NCBI GenBank assembly: GCA_016735295.1
Contig: JAERRU010000018.1
Location: 19,774 to 83,773 of the forward strand
Length of the DNA stretch: 64,000 nucleotides
Origin: SAR324 cluster bacterium
GTDB lineage: Bacteria > SAR324 > XYD2-FULL-50-16 > JAERRU01
Direction of reading: 5' to 3'
In this document: positions 48,302-59,228 of the stretch, one piece after another
How positions within the stretch are numbered: position 1 is the stretch's first letter
Layout: each line of letters begins with the position of its first letter
Notes under the pieces: generated by a model
Seen by the model: the letters and a program-made list of their open reading frames with translations, nothing else
What the model was told of the DNA's origin: nothing
Databases searched by the model: none
Position numbers and translations under genes: made by a program

Positions 48302-49216
48302 TTAATACCCGTAAATTGACCAAAATACAGCCCCCGCCATATGCTTTGACTCAATTAAAAAATTATTCATCAGATCCACCATTCCATTACCAAAGAAAAA
48401 ACCAAACAAGCCATCATCTTTAGTTTTAAGAAAAACGTATTCCTTAGCATCAGGTAAATTTAGATCTATTTTTATATCTTGTAAAACACCATAATAATCA
48501 GATATTTCATCTATCAGCCCCACCGCCTTAGCTTGATTACCAGTAAAAACTCGTCCATCAAATAAATTATCATAATTAGCCACATCAAGATTGCGATTCT
48601 CCAACACAGAACTAATAAATACCTGATGCAAATCATCTAAAACGCCTTGCAAAAGCTCCTTCTCTGCTGGATGAATCGGCCGAAAAGGTGACCCTATATC
48701 TTTATTCACCCCCGACTTTAAAATTCTCATCTTCAACCCTATCTTATCTATCAACCCCTTAACGCCAACATTTTCTGCAATAACTCCAATGCTCCCAGTG
48801 ATTGTGCCTGGATTGGCGTAAATTTTATCACCAGCTAAGCTGACCCAATATCCACCAGAAGCTGCTATCGTGCCCATAGAAACATACATCGCCTTTTTTT
48901 CACTTAATCTTTTTAATCCTTGGAAAACTTCATATGTCGGCACAACTACCCCCCCCGGGCTATTGACCCTAAGAATAACTCCCTTTACCCGATCATTCAT
49001 CAACATCTCTTCTATGGCTTCTAAATGCTCATCTGCTGATGATATAACACCATCTATGTTGATTACCCCAATCAAAGATCGATCAAATGAGGTAACAAAA
49101 TTACGCTCCCCATCTTTATCTAGCACTAAAATAAAAATGAACAACACCATCAAGATAAATAATGCTGTTATGGGGTATAATAATTTTGATTTGACTATAT
49201 ACAATAATTTCTTCAA
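48302..49216 (-). CDS. sppA: Signal peptide peptidase SppA (36K type)
   Basis: N-terminal TM, ClpP/crotonase fold with GTIAASGGYWVSLAGDKIYANPGTITGSIGV (catalytic Ser) and a downstream Lys. 304 aa. Confidence 0.75.
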   Translation of the reverse strand: MKKLLYIVKSKLLYPITALFILMVLFIFILVLDKDGERNFVTSFDRSLIGVINIDGVISSADEHLEAIEEMLMNDRVKGVILRVNSPGGVVVPTYEVFQGLKRLSEKKAMYVSMGTIAASGGYWVSLAGDKIYANPGTITGSIGVIAENVGVKGLIDKIGLKMRILKSGVNKDIGSPFRPIHPAEKELLQGVLDDLHQVFISSVLENRNLDVANYDNLFDGRVFTGNQAKAVGLIDEISDYYGVLQDIKIDLNLPDAKEYVFLKTKDDGLFGFFFGNGMVDLMNNFLIESKHMAGAVFWSIYGY

Positions 49217-49425
49217 TATAACACCTATATCTATATATCCTTGTTTTTATATGCCTACATCAATGCCAGATAACATCAAACATTCATTATAAGCCAACGC
49301 AGTAGCCTAACACATTAAGCTAATACATTCAAAATCTAAATAATCGTTGCGATATTTAGGTTTTTTTATTATATCTAGCTAGGCTCTCTACGCACAACCA
49401 GTATTTAATTTAACTCTTAATTTGA

Positions 49426-50268
49426 ATGCAACTTACCTTTTATGACCCATTTAATCATTTATTACCAGCAAAATGGTTATTTTGGATAACTATAATGGCG
49501 TCAAGTTTATTAGCCTTTAGTTGTGGATATAAAACGCCGCCGGAACCTATCAAATTTGAAAGTAAAGTTATTGCTAACGTTAATAATAGCCTGAAAAACC
49601 CTACCTTTAAAAGCTATTATATTGGTGATTATCTAATCATACCCTTGGGTGAACAGGATGCCAATTGGCAAAAAATAGAAGTGTTTCGTAATTACCTGCC
49701 CGAAATTTGCGACCCATGTTTTTTTAAAGAAGAATTATTAGCGGTAATATACAAAAATCAACCCACTAAATATCTAGCTAAACAACCTGATGATTATTGG
49801 CTTGATGATAACTTGATTAGCAGCCATAATGGAGCATGGTTAGGGCTTAATAAGCTTAATATAAACAACTTTCCTTACTTGATGATTAAATATAAAAATA
49901 TTGATAATCGCTATGTAACTAAGTTGGTTGATGTTCCTCCTAAACCTAAATTTTTAGCTCCGCTAATTAATGTGATTGCCCTTAATCAAGATAGCGATAA
50001 AGAATTTTCCTTGCACATCAAGTGGGACACCGCTAAAACACCTAAACAAAATCATTTTAATATCACTCCCCATGATTTTACCATTATCCCTAATCATATT
50101 AATCTTTTAATATTCAAAAGTACTGACCCATTTATTTATATGACTATAAGAGCTTCTTTAGGACAGGCTTTTATAAAACATCCTAACCAGATAGCTAAAG
50201 GTGGATTTTATGCCCAATTTGTTGATAATTATGGCAATAAATCTTTAGCTTCTAAATTTTTCCCATAA
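49426..50268 (+). CDS. Hypothetical lipoprotein
   Basis: Signal peptide and lipobox LLAFSCG. No recognisable domain. Confidence 0.4.
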   Translation: MQLTFYDPFNHLLPAKWLFWITIMASSLLAFSCGYKTPPEPIKFESKVIANVNNSLKNPTFKSYYIGDYLIIPLGEQDANWQKIEVFRNYLPEICDPCFFKEELLAVIYKNQPTKYLAKQPDDYWLDDNLISSHNGAWLGLNKLNINNFPYLMIKYKNIDNRYVTKLVDVPPKPKFLAPLINVIALNQDSDKEFSLHIKWDTAKTPKQNHFNITPHDFTIIPNHINLLIFKSTDPFIYMTIRASLGQAFIKHPNQIAKGGFYAQFVDNYGNKSLASKFFP

Positions 50269-50273
50269 CGATT

Positions 50274-52064
50274 ATGTTTATTAATAAAAAAATACTGCTA
50301 ACCAGCTTTTTAGCCTATATCCTGTTAACTAGCTGCCAGACAGGCCAGCTAAGTGCCCCTGAAGTATATTATAACTCTACTGCTAAACATGAATTAGAAC
50401 AGGAATATTTACTCAAAAAAAAACAAAATCCTCATATTATTCATGATAGATATATATTAAGCTATATTCTTTATAAAAATAACAAAGCACATCAGGCATT
50501 AGCTGAAATTAAAAAAATAATCCTAGAACAACCGTTTAATGCTAAATATCTTACCTTGGCAGGACAAATAGAATTTGATTTAAAAAATTATCCTTCTGCT
50601 ATACAAAGATTTTCCGCTGCTATTCAATACAACAAAACCTTGCTGAACGCTTACTATGGCTTGGCGCTATCTCACTACCGAACAGGGGATTTGGGTAAAT
50701 CTTCTAAAATAAACAACATGACCTTGCTGATAGATCCTACTTATTTTAAAGCAAAACTCCTAAAAATAAAGCTTCAGAGTTTGACTGATAATAGTACCAA
50801 GAACTATCTTACTTTATTAAAAAATACTTCACTTTTACTAAAAGAGCAACCAACCTCAACTGAAGTTATTAAATTGATGGTTAAACTCTACTTAAATCAA
50901 GGTCAAGTAGAAAATGCTTATATTGCCCTTAATAATTTTATTAGAAAAAATGGTGATAATGACCAGCTAAACCACCTGATATGCTCAATTGGCCTGACTT
51001 ATGGGAATCTTGCAAAAGCTGGCCAAATAGTTAATAAATTACCTGAAAATTCTCTAATGAGGTGGCAATGTGAAATTGAAACCCTCGTTGCTAGTAATAA
51101 ATTTGAACGTGCTTATCAACTATTTTTGGCGAAAAAAGATTTATTTGAACTAAATTTAGAAACTCGCATTAAAGAAGCTAGGCTCCTAATGCTCATAGAT
51201 CATCATAACGAAGCCTTGAGTAAATTAGAAGTTATTTATTTTGATAATCACCAAAAAAATCCCCTCCTAAATTATCAATTAGCTGAAATATATTTTAGAT
51301 TGAAAAATTATGATTCTGCTCATAATTATATACAAAAATCCATTTCAATTGATCACAATAACCTAGCCGCTAAACTACTAAATATAAAAATTCTATTAAA
51401 GTTGAATCTCATTGAAAGAGCCGAAAAAATATTTTATACAGAAAATTTTGCCCCTTTAAATCATACAATAATTGAAGTTCAGGCCGATATATTTTTTGCT
51501 AAAAAAGATTATACCAAAGCTAAAAAGTTTTATGGGATTTGCCAATATTTACTATTTCAATCTTCTGTAGCAATAAAAATTGCTCAACTAGAGCTGATTG
51601 AGCAAAATTATACAAAAGCTTTAGGTATATTAAATAATTTATCTGTGCTGCAACCTGATAACAGAGAAATTATTATTTCCTTAGCAAAATTTAATTATAT
51701 TTTGGGGAATTTCGGTAAGACCATAAAAGTGCTCAATAGACTTTCCGATCCCACCATAAACAACGAAACCGGATTAATATTAGGCTTAAGTTACATACAG
51801 GTAGGTCAAGAAAAGTTAGGTTTGCAATTTCTGCTCAGCACAGCTAATAACTTCCACCAAGATATCACCTTGATAGACTCTTTAACCTACAACCTGGCTA
51901 TACAAAAACGATACGAAGAAGCTATTCCCTATCTGGAAAATATAATATCAATAGCACCTCAAAGAGCTAACTACCTAAACCAAAGACTAGCCGATCTTTA
52001 TACGATAATCGAAAAAAATGAAAATAAAAAAATAACTGCTAAATGGCGATATCTATTTCGCTAA
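50274..52064 (+). CDS. TPR-repeat lipoprotein
   Basis: Signal peptide and lipobox LLTSCQ. Numerous TPR-like units across 596 aa. Confidence 0.5.
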   Translation: MFINKKILLTSFLAYILLTSCQTGQLSAPEVYYNSTAKHELEQEYLLKKKQNPHIIHDRYILSYILYKNNKAHQALAEIKKIILEQPFNAKYLTLAGQIEFDLKNYPSAIQRFSAAIQYNKTLLNAYYGLALSHYRTGDLGKSSKINNMTLLIDPTYFKAKLLKIKLQSLTDNSTKNYLTLLKNTSLLLKEQPTSTEVIKLMVKLYLNQGQVENAYIALNNFIRKNGDNDQLNHLICSIGLTYGNLAKAGQIVNKLPENSLMRWQCEIETLVASNKFERAYQLFLAKKDLFELNLETRIKEARLLMLIDHHNEALSKLEVIYFDNHQKNPLLNYQLAEIYFRLKNYDSAHNYIQKSISIDHNNLAAKLLNIKILLKLNLIERAEKIFYTENFAPLNHTIIEVQADIFFAKKDYTKAKKFYGICQYLLFQSSVAIKIAQLELIEQNYTKALGILNNLSVLQPDNREIIISLAKFNYILGNFGKTIKVLNRLSDPTINNETGLILGLSYIQVGQEKLGLQFLLSTANNFHQDITLIDSLTYNLAIQKRYEEAIPYLENIISIAPQRANYLNQRLADLYTIIEKNENKKITAKWRYLFR

Positions 52065-52070
52065 ACCAAG

Positions 52071-52883
52071 TTAATTGATAGGGCAAGTATATTCTTTTAA
52101 ATCTTGCTTGCTGCCATAACTATTTGTTGCTTTATTAAAAGTAAAACTAATCGATTTTTTAGTTTCACTATTTTTCTCCACTCCATCAATCACATCTTGC
52201 CTATTAATGTCAAAATCAAGCTTAAAGACCCCATAACCATTTCTATTAAAATCTATTTTAATTTGGGCACTGTTATTTTGTTGATAGTCACAAATCAACA
52301 AATCATCAGTTAAGCATTTATTGGAGCTCAAAGAACATCCATATGGCATTGTGCCGATAACCCGGCTAGGATTACCAATTTTTATAACTACCGCTTGCTT
52401 ATTAAGATGTTGCATATATCCCTTATCGGTAAGTGATTTTACGATTAAAACCATAGCCACGTCTTTATTAGTTATATGATAAATAGAAGACAAAAAACCA
52501 TAACTAACACCCTTACCCACCTTGATTAAATTATTTACTAAGAAGCTACCTAAAACCTCAATTTTCTGATCTTTTTTAAATTTAGATACTACTAAAAAAA
52601 GTTTATCTTCACCCAAATCAGTAAATCTAAAAAAGGTAACTATATGCTTTGCTTCACCCATTTCATCAGTGGTTAAAGTATCAAGATGAACAGGTTTACT
52701 TTTTAATTGGGGGTTACCATGAAGAATAGAATCTTGAATAATCTTCATTTCATTAGTAGAAAGAATTGAGCTTTTAAGTGCTTGCTCCTTCGCCATTACC
52801 GCACTATCTAAAAATAATAATGATGCCATCCCTATCAATAATACTATTAGGGAATACTTAATTGAAAAATTTTTATCAATCAT
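52071..52883 (-). CDS. Hypothetical secreted protein (270 aa)
   Basis: N-terminal signal/TM helix. No known domain recognised. It is the last gene of the minus-strand FG-GAP cluster. Confidence 0.4.
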   Translation of the reverse strand: MIDKNFSIKYSLIVLLIGMASLLFLDSAVMAKEQALKSSILSTNEMKIIQDSILHGNPQLKSKPVHLDTLTTDEMGEAKHIVTFFRFTDLGEDKLFLVVSKFKKDQKIEVLGSFLVNNLIKVGKGVSYGFLSSIYHITNKDVAMVLIVKSLTDKGYMQHLNKQAVVIKIGNPSRVIGTMPYGCSLSSNKCLTDDLLICDYQQNNSAQIKIDFNRNGYGVFKLDFDINRQDVIDGVEKNSETKKSISFTFNKATNSYGSKQDLKEYTCPIN

Positions 52884-52982
52884 CTAAATAAAATAAATTA
52901 AATTTATATCTAAAAAAACTAACTCACCTTTTCATTGTATCACATTTTTTCACTATTTAAAATAAATATTTTTCTTTATCCC

Positions 52983-54491
52983 TCAATTACCGCCGCGATA
53001 AAAAAATGAACTACTATTAGAATAGGTAACTAACCCTAAATCATCTATTCCCGCCACTCGCCAATACAAAGGATTTTGAGAAGGAAACTCTTGCAAAGAT
53101 TCACCCAAAATGTTTTCTACTAACAGGCTATCGATAAAGTTTAGGTTGGTAACATCATTTTTTGGTACTCTCAATATCTGATCCAGGTCTTCAAATGTTG
53201 AATTTGAGCTGATTTCAATAAAAAATTGCTTAAAATTAAAATCTCTCCACGAAAATCTGGTAGATGTAGATAAATTAAGCACTGCTTGCTCTTTTGGCGT
53301 ATCTATTACGATATTAACCAATTCTAAAGAATTATTAGATAAAACCACATTACCAAACTCAGTGATTTTCTCTTCAGGCTCGCCAGTTTCGATAATGCCA
53401 AGCAATTTATAATCCTCAAGGGGATAATCTTGTGGGAAAATAACATTAAATTTAAATTGCTTTTCTTCACCAGGAGCAAATAAAATATTATCTTGGTAAT
53501 ATACCGGTGCCCCCAGCGGAGCAAAAAGATTTGGTGATCTGACTAAGTATATAGACACCTTCACCTCATCTTCATTTTTGACGCCACTATTTTTAATAAT
53601 CGCTGAAGTAGAAATAACATCGGTAACTAACGCTTGACGATTGGCAAAAATTATTTGGCTAAAACCAAGTGAAAATTTGTTATCAGAGCCCGCGTCTCGA
53701 CCAAAATTATCAACATCATCTAAATTTAATGAAAACCTGCGGTCATCTCGAATAACATCTCCTAGCACTAAAAATTCAGATCTTCCCTCATTTTCACTAA
53801 GTAATGTGCCTGATAAAGAATTAACCCGCACCTTGGTTAAGTAAACACCACCTGATTTAGGAGGTATACGATATTTAAAAATAACATTTTGCACCGCCGT
53901 AGCCGGTAAAGAGACAATTTTAGTATCAACAGTTTTTAATCTCTTATTGGGTAAAATAAAGTCTAGCTTAACTTTAACCGTTTTATTTTGACTAAACTTA
54001 TTTTGCACATAAGCCTCCACCCACTGTATATTCCCCACTCCAATTCTAGAATTAGCCACCACCACTTTTAAAATTTTTATATCGGGATCACCCAAAAGAT
54101 CACCTTCTTCCACTACCGCATCATTCAAATTAAATTCTTCAATTCCGCTAGGCGATGAAATAAAGGGGGTATCATCATCAAGCAAATACCGATCGGTTAA
54201 TATATCACTTGAAGTGCTATCAGATGCTGGAGAAGATAATTCAGGAGGCACTTCTTGCACCAAAAATTCCTCAATTTGAGATTCTTCACCTTTCTCCTCA
54301 CCTTCACCATCCAATAAAAGTGGTTCTACATTGTCAAAAATAGAATCTATCCTAGTGTTAGGCTGGGAATGATCTTCTATATCATCTTCTATCATGTTAA
54401 CAGGAGGGCCATCTAAATATTGTGTTTCTTGCCCGCCTATAATGCAAGCTGTCCCCATAAAAAGGCCAAAGCTAATCATAAACCGTTTCAT
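52983..54491 (-). CDS. Hypothetical secreted/lipoprotein with an acidic N-terminal region (start taken at the internal Met of MKRFMISFGLFMGTAC)
   Basis: Signal peptide with Cys and an acidic low-complexity stretch (DGEGEEKGEESQIEE), followed by beta-rich sequence. The longest ORF extends to 54551. Confidence 0.4.
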   Translation of the reverse strand: MKRFMISFGLFMGTACIIGGQETQYLDGPPVNMIEDDIEDHSQPNTRIDSIFDNVEPLLLDGEGEEKGEESQIEEFLVQEVPPELSSPASDSTSSDILTDRYLLDDDTPFISSPSGIEEFNLNDAVVEEGDLLGDPDIKILKVVVANSRIGVGNIQWVEAYVQNKFSQNKTVKVKLDFILPNKRLKTVDTKIVSLPATAVQNVIFKYRIPPKSGGVYLTKVRVNSLSGTLLSENEGRSEFLVLGDVIRDDRRFSLNLDDVDNFGRDAGSDNKFSLGFSQIIFANRQALVTDVISTSAIIKNSGVKNEDEVKVSIYLVRSPNLFAPLGAPVYYQDNILFAPGEEKQFKFNVIFPQDYPLEDYKLLGIIETGEPEEKITEFGNVVLSNNSLELVNIVIDTPKEQAVLNLSTSTRFSWRDFNFKQFFIEISSNSTFEDLDQILRVPKNDVTNLNFIDSLLVENILGESLQEFPSQNPLYWRVAGIDDLGLVTYSNSSSFFYRGGN

Positions 54492-54586
54492 AAAAAAACA
54501 ATTTTTATTTGGACAATGATTTCTATTTCTTGATATATTAACTAATCGCATAAGCCATATCCTGTAGATAAAATTTATTAAAAATA

Positions 54587-57478
54587 TTAATTTTTAGTGA
54601 GTTCATCAACTTCTAAGCGTTTCAACAAATCAGGGGTAACCGCATCATTACGAAAAATTAGTAACTTGCCATCTTCTAGGGCAACTAACATATCTTTCAC
54701 GCCAGTACCATAAAGATCGCCAAAGGTTGGTACTGTATTAAAGCCCAGCTTTTTATCAATTGACCAGCTCGGAATTATTTTCCAATAGTATCCTTGCTCA
54801 TCAGAATAGCTATAATCATAAATCTGCACATTCCCTCTATCATTGCCTATAATCATTTCTGGCACACCATCATTATCAAGATCTTCAAATCTTGGGGCTA
54901 CCGATAGTTCACTTTTAAGCACTACTTGCTCTTGGGTTTCTAACTCAAATTGAGGAATAAATTCTGCGTCTTGGTAAAAACCTAAATTTTTAACTATGCT
55001 TAACACTCCATTCACATCACCGATTACTATATCAGGTAGAGTTTGATATCTAGTATAAAGCCTGCCAGGTATAGCATTTACACCTACTTTGATATCACCA
55101 AAATAATTTTCTCGTAATTTAAACTCAAAGCTTGGTTTTTGCCCTATATTTTCATAATAATATAATCTCCCACTTTGCGTTCCCACCACCAAATCTAATG
55201 TATCATTTCCATCAATATCCACTAGCAAAGGGGCGGCCTTCTTTTCATTATTAGGTAATGTGATAGTACTTTCTAATTTAAAATCCCAAAATTTTCTAGT
55301 CCCAGTGTTAATCCAAATATCGATCTTGCCATCTTGATAGCCGATCACTAAGTCACTTATTCTTTTATTTCTAAGATTTCCTAGATAGGGTACTGGGTTT
55401 TTCCGGTTAGTTTGCTCAATAAGATTTTCTGGCGTAAATATAAACACCGGAGGAATATTTCTAGGTTTATAATTACCTAATTTCTCACGAATGGCTTGTA
55501 ACTTCTTTTTATAGCGAGCTTTTTGGTATTGAACAAAAAGGTCATCTGTATCTAAATCATTTATCTTTTTTTGTAAAAATAAAAGAATATCTCCTTTATC
55601 ATTGCTCACCAACATATCTTTTAATCCATTATCGGTGATATCTATAAAGTAAGGTCTAACTTCAGGCATTTCTTCTAGATAAGTCCAATGAGGAAATTCA
55701 AATGGTTGGGCTAAAAATTCTTGAAAATCAGCCGGCACATCAGCCAGTAAATCTACCTTAGCAGGATTAAAATATAAAACATCAAGCTGGCCTGATTGAT
55801 TGCCAACCACCAAATTAGGTACTTGTAAATTATTCCAATTAAATAATGAAGGAGCACTAAAAGTACCCTCTGAAGTATTATCAACTATCATATCAAGCGA
55901 TATATCACCGAACTTAGGCTCTTCTGCGGTGCCGATATTTTTAAAAAACTTTATGCTTGTCCCTACTCCCCCAATAATCAAATCAAATATCCCCTTACCC
56001 GATATATCAATCGCTCTCGCTATTGGAGATTGCACATTTCCTAGCTCAATAAGATTATCATCAACCACCTTAAAATCAGGATTATTGGCGTCACCCGCAT
56101 TATCAAAATAATAAATTCGCCCCCCATGGCTAGCCACCAATAAAGTGGGCAATTTATCTTTATCAAAATTGATTATTTCTGGCGCTGCCCCAGGTAAATT
56201 ATGATCAGGCAAAAGGTTATCAGTTATTTTGGTAAGAGCCACCCCCTTGCCTGCACTATCATTGCTATAAAATGTGATGTTACCTTGATCGCTGCCTAGC
56301 AAAATATCTGCTTTGCCTCTCCCTAATAGATTGCCTGAAGTTATATTAGTTCCCTTACTAAAGCTGTTTAATCTTTCAAATCTGGTAATATTATCATCGA
56401 TACTCCAAATATTTTTAGCATCTTCAAAATTTCTAAATTCATATCTTTTTATTTTTGAGCTAAAACTGCCCAACAACAAATCTTGTGAATTTGGGCTAAG
56501 TTTTGTAAAATGTGGAGCAGCCTCGCCCCCAGCGTCTATTTTATAGAAGAAAAATTCTGGATCAGAGAATTTTGGCATCCACGGAGTGCCTATATTTTTG
56601 AAATAAGAAAGATAACCATCTCTTTGCCCCACTATAATTGCTGGTTGCATGTTATCTTCCCAATCGACACAAGAAGGGGCGGCGTTCTTTCCATATCCGA
56701 GTTTTAACACAAAATCAGGACTACTTTTAAATATTAAATGCTTTTGGTTATTTCTATCGCCTAAAAACACCAAAACTCGCCCATCAGCGTTACCTATCAA
56801 AAGATCTGGGTTGTCATCATTATTTAATTCGCAAAAAGTTGGTACACTATTTTCAAGTTTCATTTCCCTGATTGCTAAATCTGAAAATAAATTCTGATTA
56901 TCAATTAAATATTCAAATTTTGGTTTTTCTATTGTACCTATATTATGAATCAGCACCAAATTACCGTCTTCATTACCAACTAACAAATCTAATTTAGCTT
57001 TTCCTTGAAAATTAACTAATGCTGGGGCGGCCCTATTTCCAAAATCAAAGGGTCTCTTAGCATAAATTTTATTTTCATCTTTCTCCTTTTTATTAATAAT
57101 ATTTAATTCTATCTCTCTAAATACATCATTTTTATTATCAATCACCCCATAACCAGATAATCTAATATTTCGCAAAATAAACTTAGCCTTTGCTTGTGTT
57201 CCTATATTTTCATATAAGCTTAATGTTCCTGCTTGATTGCCAACTAGCAAATCTGGCAAATCATTACCAATCAAATTACCTACTACCACTTTAGAATTAG
57301 GAAATTCCCATGTAAAAACTAATTTTTCCTCACCATCTATAGTGGCATAGTACTCAGGAATCCATTCATATGTACTATTTTGAGCCCATAAAACGCCTAT
57401 ATTTATCCAACATATCGCCCATACAATTAATATTTTCCCAACTATTTTTATGGCCGTTAACGGTGATAATTTGATCAT
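54587..57478 (-). CDS. Large secreted FG-GAP repeat (integrin-alpha-like beta-propeller) protein
   Basis: Signal peptide. At least 12 repeats of the FG-GAP/Ca-binding pattern D.(D/N).(D/N)G..D(L/I)..(G/N)...G.(L/I)..(Y/F).N.G, for example DLDNDGVPEMIIGNDRGNVQIYDY, VGNQAGTLSLYENIG and VGTQSGRLYYYENIG. Confidence 0.65.
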   Translation of the reverse strand: MIKLSPLTAIKIVGKILIVWAICWINIGVLWAQNSTYEWIPEYYATIDGEEKLVFTWEFPNSKVVVGNLIGNDLPDLLVGNQAGTLSLYENIGTQAKAKFILRNIRLSGYGVIDNKNDVFREIELNIINKKEKDENKIYAKRPFDFGNRAAPALVNFQGKAKLDLLVGNEDGNLVLIHNIGTIEKPKFEYLIDNQNLFSDLAIREMKLENSVPTFCELNNDDNPDLLIGNADGRVLVFLGDRNNQKHLIFKSSPDFVLKLGYGKNAAPSCVDWEDNMQPAIIVGQRDGYLSYFKNIGTPWMPKFSDPEFFFYKIDAGGEAAPHFTKLSPNSQDLLLGSFSSKIKRYEFRNFEDAKNIWSIDDNITRFERLNSFSKGTNITSGNLLGRGKADILLGSDQGNITFYSNDSAGKGVALTKITDNLLPDHNLPGAAPEIINFDKDKLPTLLVASHGGRIYYFDNAGDANNPDFKVVDDNLIELGNVQSPIARAIDISGKGIFDLIIGGVGTSIKFFKNIGTAEEPKFGDISLDMIVDNTSEGTFSAPSLFNWNNLQVPNLVVGNQSGQLDVLYFNPAKVDLLADVPADFQEFLAQPFEFPHWTYLEEMPEVRPYFIDITDNGLKDMLVSNDKGDILLFLQKKINDLDTDDLFVQYQKARYKKKLQAIREKLGNYKPRNIPPVFIFTPENLIEQTNRKNPVPYLGNLRNKRISDLVIGYQDGKIDIWINTGTRKFWDFKLESTITLPNNEKKAAPLLVDIDGNDTLDLVVGTQSGRLYYYENIGQKPSFEFKLRENYFGDIKVGVNAIPGRLYTRYQTLPDIVIGDVNGVLSIVKNLGFYQDAEFIPQFELETQEQVVLKSELSVAPRFEDLDNDGVPEMIIGNDRGNVQIYDYSYSDEQGYYWKIIPSWSIDKKLGFNTVPTFGDLYGTGVKDMLVALEDGKLLIFRNDAVTPDLLKRLEVDELTKN

Positions 57479-57860
57479 TAACTCTGTAATTTAATAATTT
57501 TATAGTTAATAAATTAAGGTAAATTTCATTAAACATTTACCTTGTTAGTTTGTTATATTTTAGTGTTAATACTGCTGATTGCTAAATTTCGCTAAATTTT
57601 ACTTGATTTAACCTACTTATCTCCATATTATACTTAATCATGTGGTTAGCTCAGATATCTTAGTCATTATTGGCTAAGTAGTTACTACCTATAATTTAGA
57701 TTCTTTAAAATACTATTTTATTGTTTTCATCTGAATTACATAGTCAGTAATGCAAAAATCTAGCAAGATACTAACCCTTAGCTTATAAATTACGTCACAA
57801 CGATGATTTAATTTGTTTATTTTGAAAAAACTATCTGCATTTTAAAAGAATATACTTTTA

Positions 57861-58673
57861 ATGAGTGAACACGCCATAATTTGCCCTTCTTGCAAGCAAC
57901 TGATAAATCGAAGCACCATTCGTTGCCCTAACTGTGGATGGAGTAATAATAAGTTATCTAGGCTGGTTTATAGTTTTGGCGAGCATACTATTGTAAAATG
58001 GTTAATTTCGCTTAATATATTTTTTTTCCTAGTTTCGATTATTTTATCTTATATTTTTGCTAAGAGTGGTTTTATATCAAAATTAGGTATTTTATCTCCC
58101 AGCTCTCCTATTTTGCTGGTTATGGGCTGGGCAGATCCCTATGAGGCTTTGAATGGCAGTTATTGGCAATTACTTTCATCAATATTTTTACATGGTGGAT
58201 TTTTTCATATATTATTTAATATGATGTGGCTTTACCATCTCTATCCACAAAATGAATCTTTGCTAGGTAAACATAATACTTTTTTTATCTATATTTTTTG
58301 CGGAATTGGTGGTAGTGTGCTGGCAGCTTTGCTGGGCAGCTCTCCGGTAGTTGGGGCTTCTGGTGCTATATTTGGTTTGATGGGCTCTTTGGTGGGAGCG
58401 GCGAGATATTCTAACGATTGGGCGATTAAATTTTTCTCAAGTCGCTATACCACCTTAATGATTATTTTATTAATTATAGGATTTATTATGCCTGGCATTA
58501 GCAATCTTTCTCATCTAGGAGGGGCGGGCACTGGTTATATTTTGGGTTCTTGGCTGGCAAGAGTTAATCTGGCTAAAAAATACCAAGTTTTCCTAGTTTG
58601 GCTCAGTGTTGGTTTGACTGCTACTTCACTATTTTTTATCTTTAAACGAATATTAACCATTTTATTTTTTTAG
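57861..58673 (+). CDS. Rhomboid-family intramembrane serine protease with an N-terminal zinc-ribbon
   Basis: N-terminus CPSCKQ...CPNCGW (C4 ribbon). TM core with [11 protein letters not shown] (GxSG catalytic Ser) and [14 protein letters not shown] (catalytic His). Confidence 0.75.
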   Translation: MSEHAIICPSCKQLINRSTIRCPNCGWSNNKLSRLVYSFGEHTIVKWLISLNIFFFLVSIILSYIFAKSGFISKLGILSPSSPILLVMGWADPYEALNGSYWQLLSSIFLHGGFFHILFNMMWLYHLYPQNESLLGKHNTFFIYIFCGIGGSVLAALLGSSPVVGASGAIFGLMGSLVGAARYSNDWAIKFFSSRYTTLMIILLIIGFIMPGISNLSHLGGAGTGYILGSWLARVNLAKKYQVFLVWLSVGLTATSLFFIFKRILTILFF

Positions 58674-58675
58674 TT

Positions 58676-59098
58676 ATGCCTAATACAGAAATGACTTTAT
58701 CGATCATCAAACCTGATGCGGTAGAACGCAACTTGATTGGTAAAATTTTAACAAAACTAGAAGTTGGAGGATTAGAAATATCTTCATTAAAAATGCTTCA
58801 GTTAACTAAACCAGAAGCGGAAAAATTTTATGATATACATAATGATAAACCTTTTTTCGATGAACTGGTTAAATTTATGACCCGTGGTAAAATAGTTGTT
58901 ATCGCTTTAAAGGGTGAGGACGCTGTAATTAAAAATCGTAATATTATGGGAGCAACTAATCCTAAAGAAGCTCAACCTGGCACTATCAGGCATACTTTTA
59001 GTAAAAGTATTGGCGAAAATAGCGTTCATGGTTCTGATTCTTTAGAAAATGCTAAAAAAGAAATTTCCTTCTTTTTTGGTGGTGCCACCTTAATTTAA
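58676..59098 (+). CDS. ndk: Nucleoside diphosphate kinase
   Basis: NAVHGSDS active-site His motif. 140 aa. Confidence 0.9.
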   Translation: MPNTEMTLSIIKPDAVERNLIGKILTKLEVGGLEISSLKMLQLTKPEAEKFYDIHNDKPFFDELVKFMTRGKIVVIALKGEDAVIKNRNIMGATNPKEAQPGTIRHTFSKSIGENSVHGSDSLENAKKEISFFFGGATLI

Positions 59099-59228
59099 GC
59101 TTTACGCCCAAAATAGCTACCTAGCATTAATAATAATCAAGTTAGTAGATAGGCTTTGCTGCTAGAATTATATTAGCTAAGAAGAGTTAGGGTTATAAAC
59201 TAAATTAACTAATTTATTTTAAAACCAG

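Noticed and set aside
57640-57700. tRNA-like D-arm fragment (TGGTTAGCTCAGAT) in the 380-bp intergenic region upstream of the rhomboid gene.
   Set aside because: No acceptor stem pairing, no T-arm (GTTCGA-type) and no anticodon stem can be built. It is probably a chance similarity or a relic.
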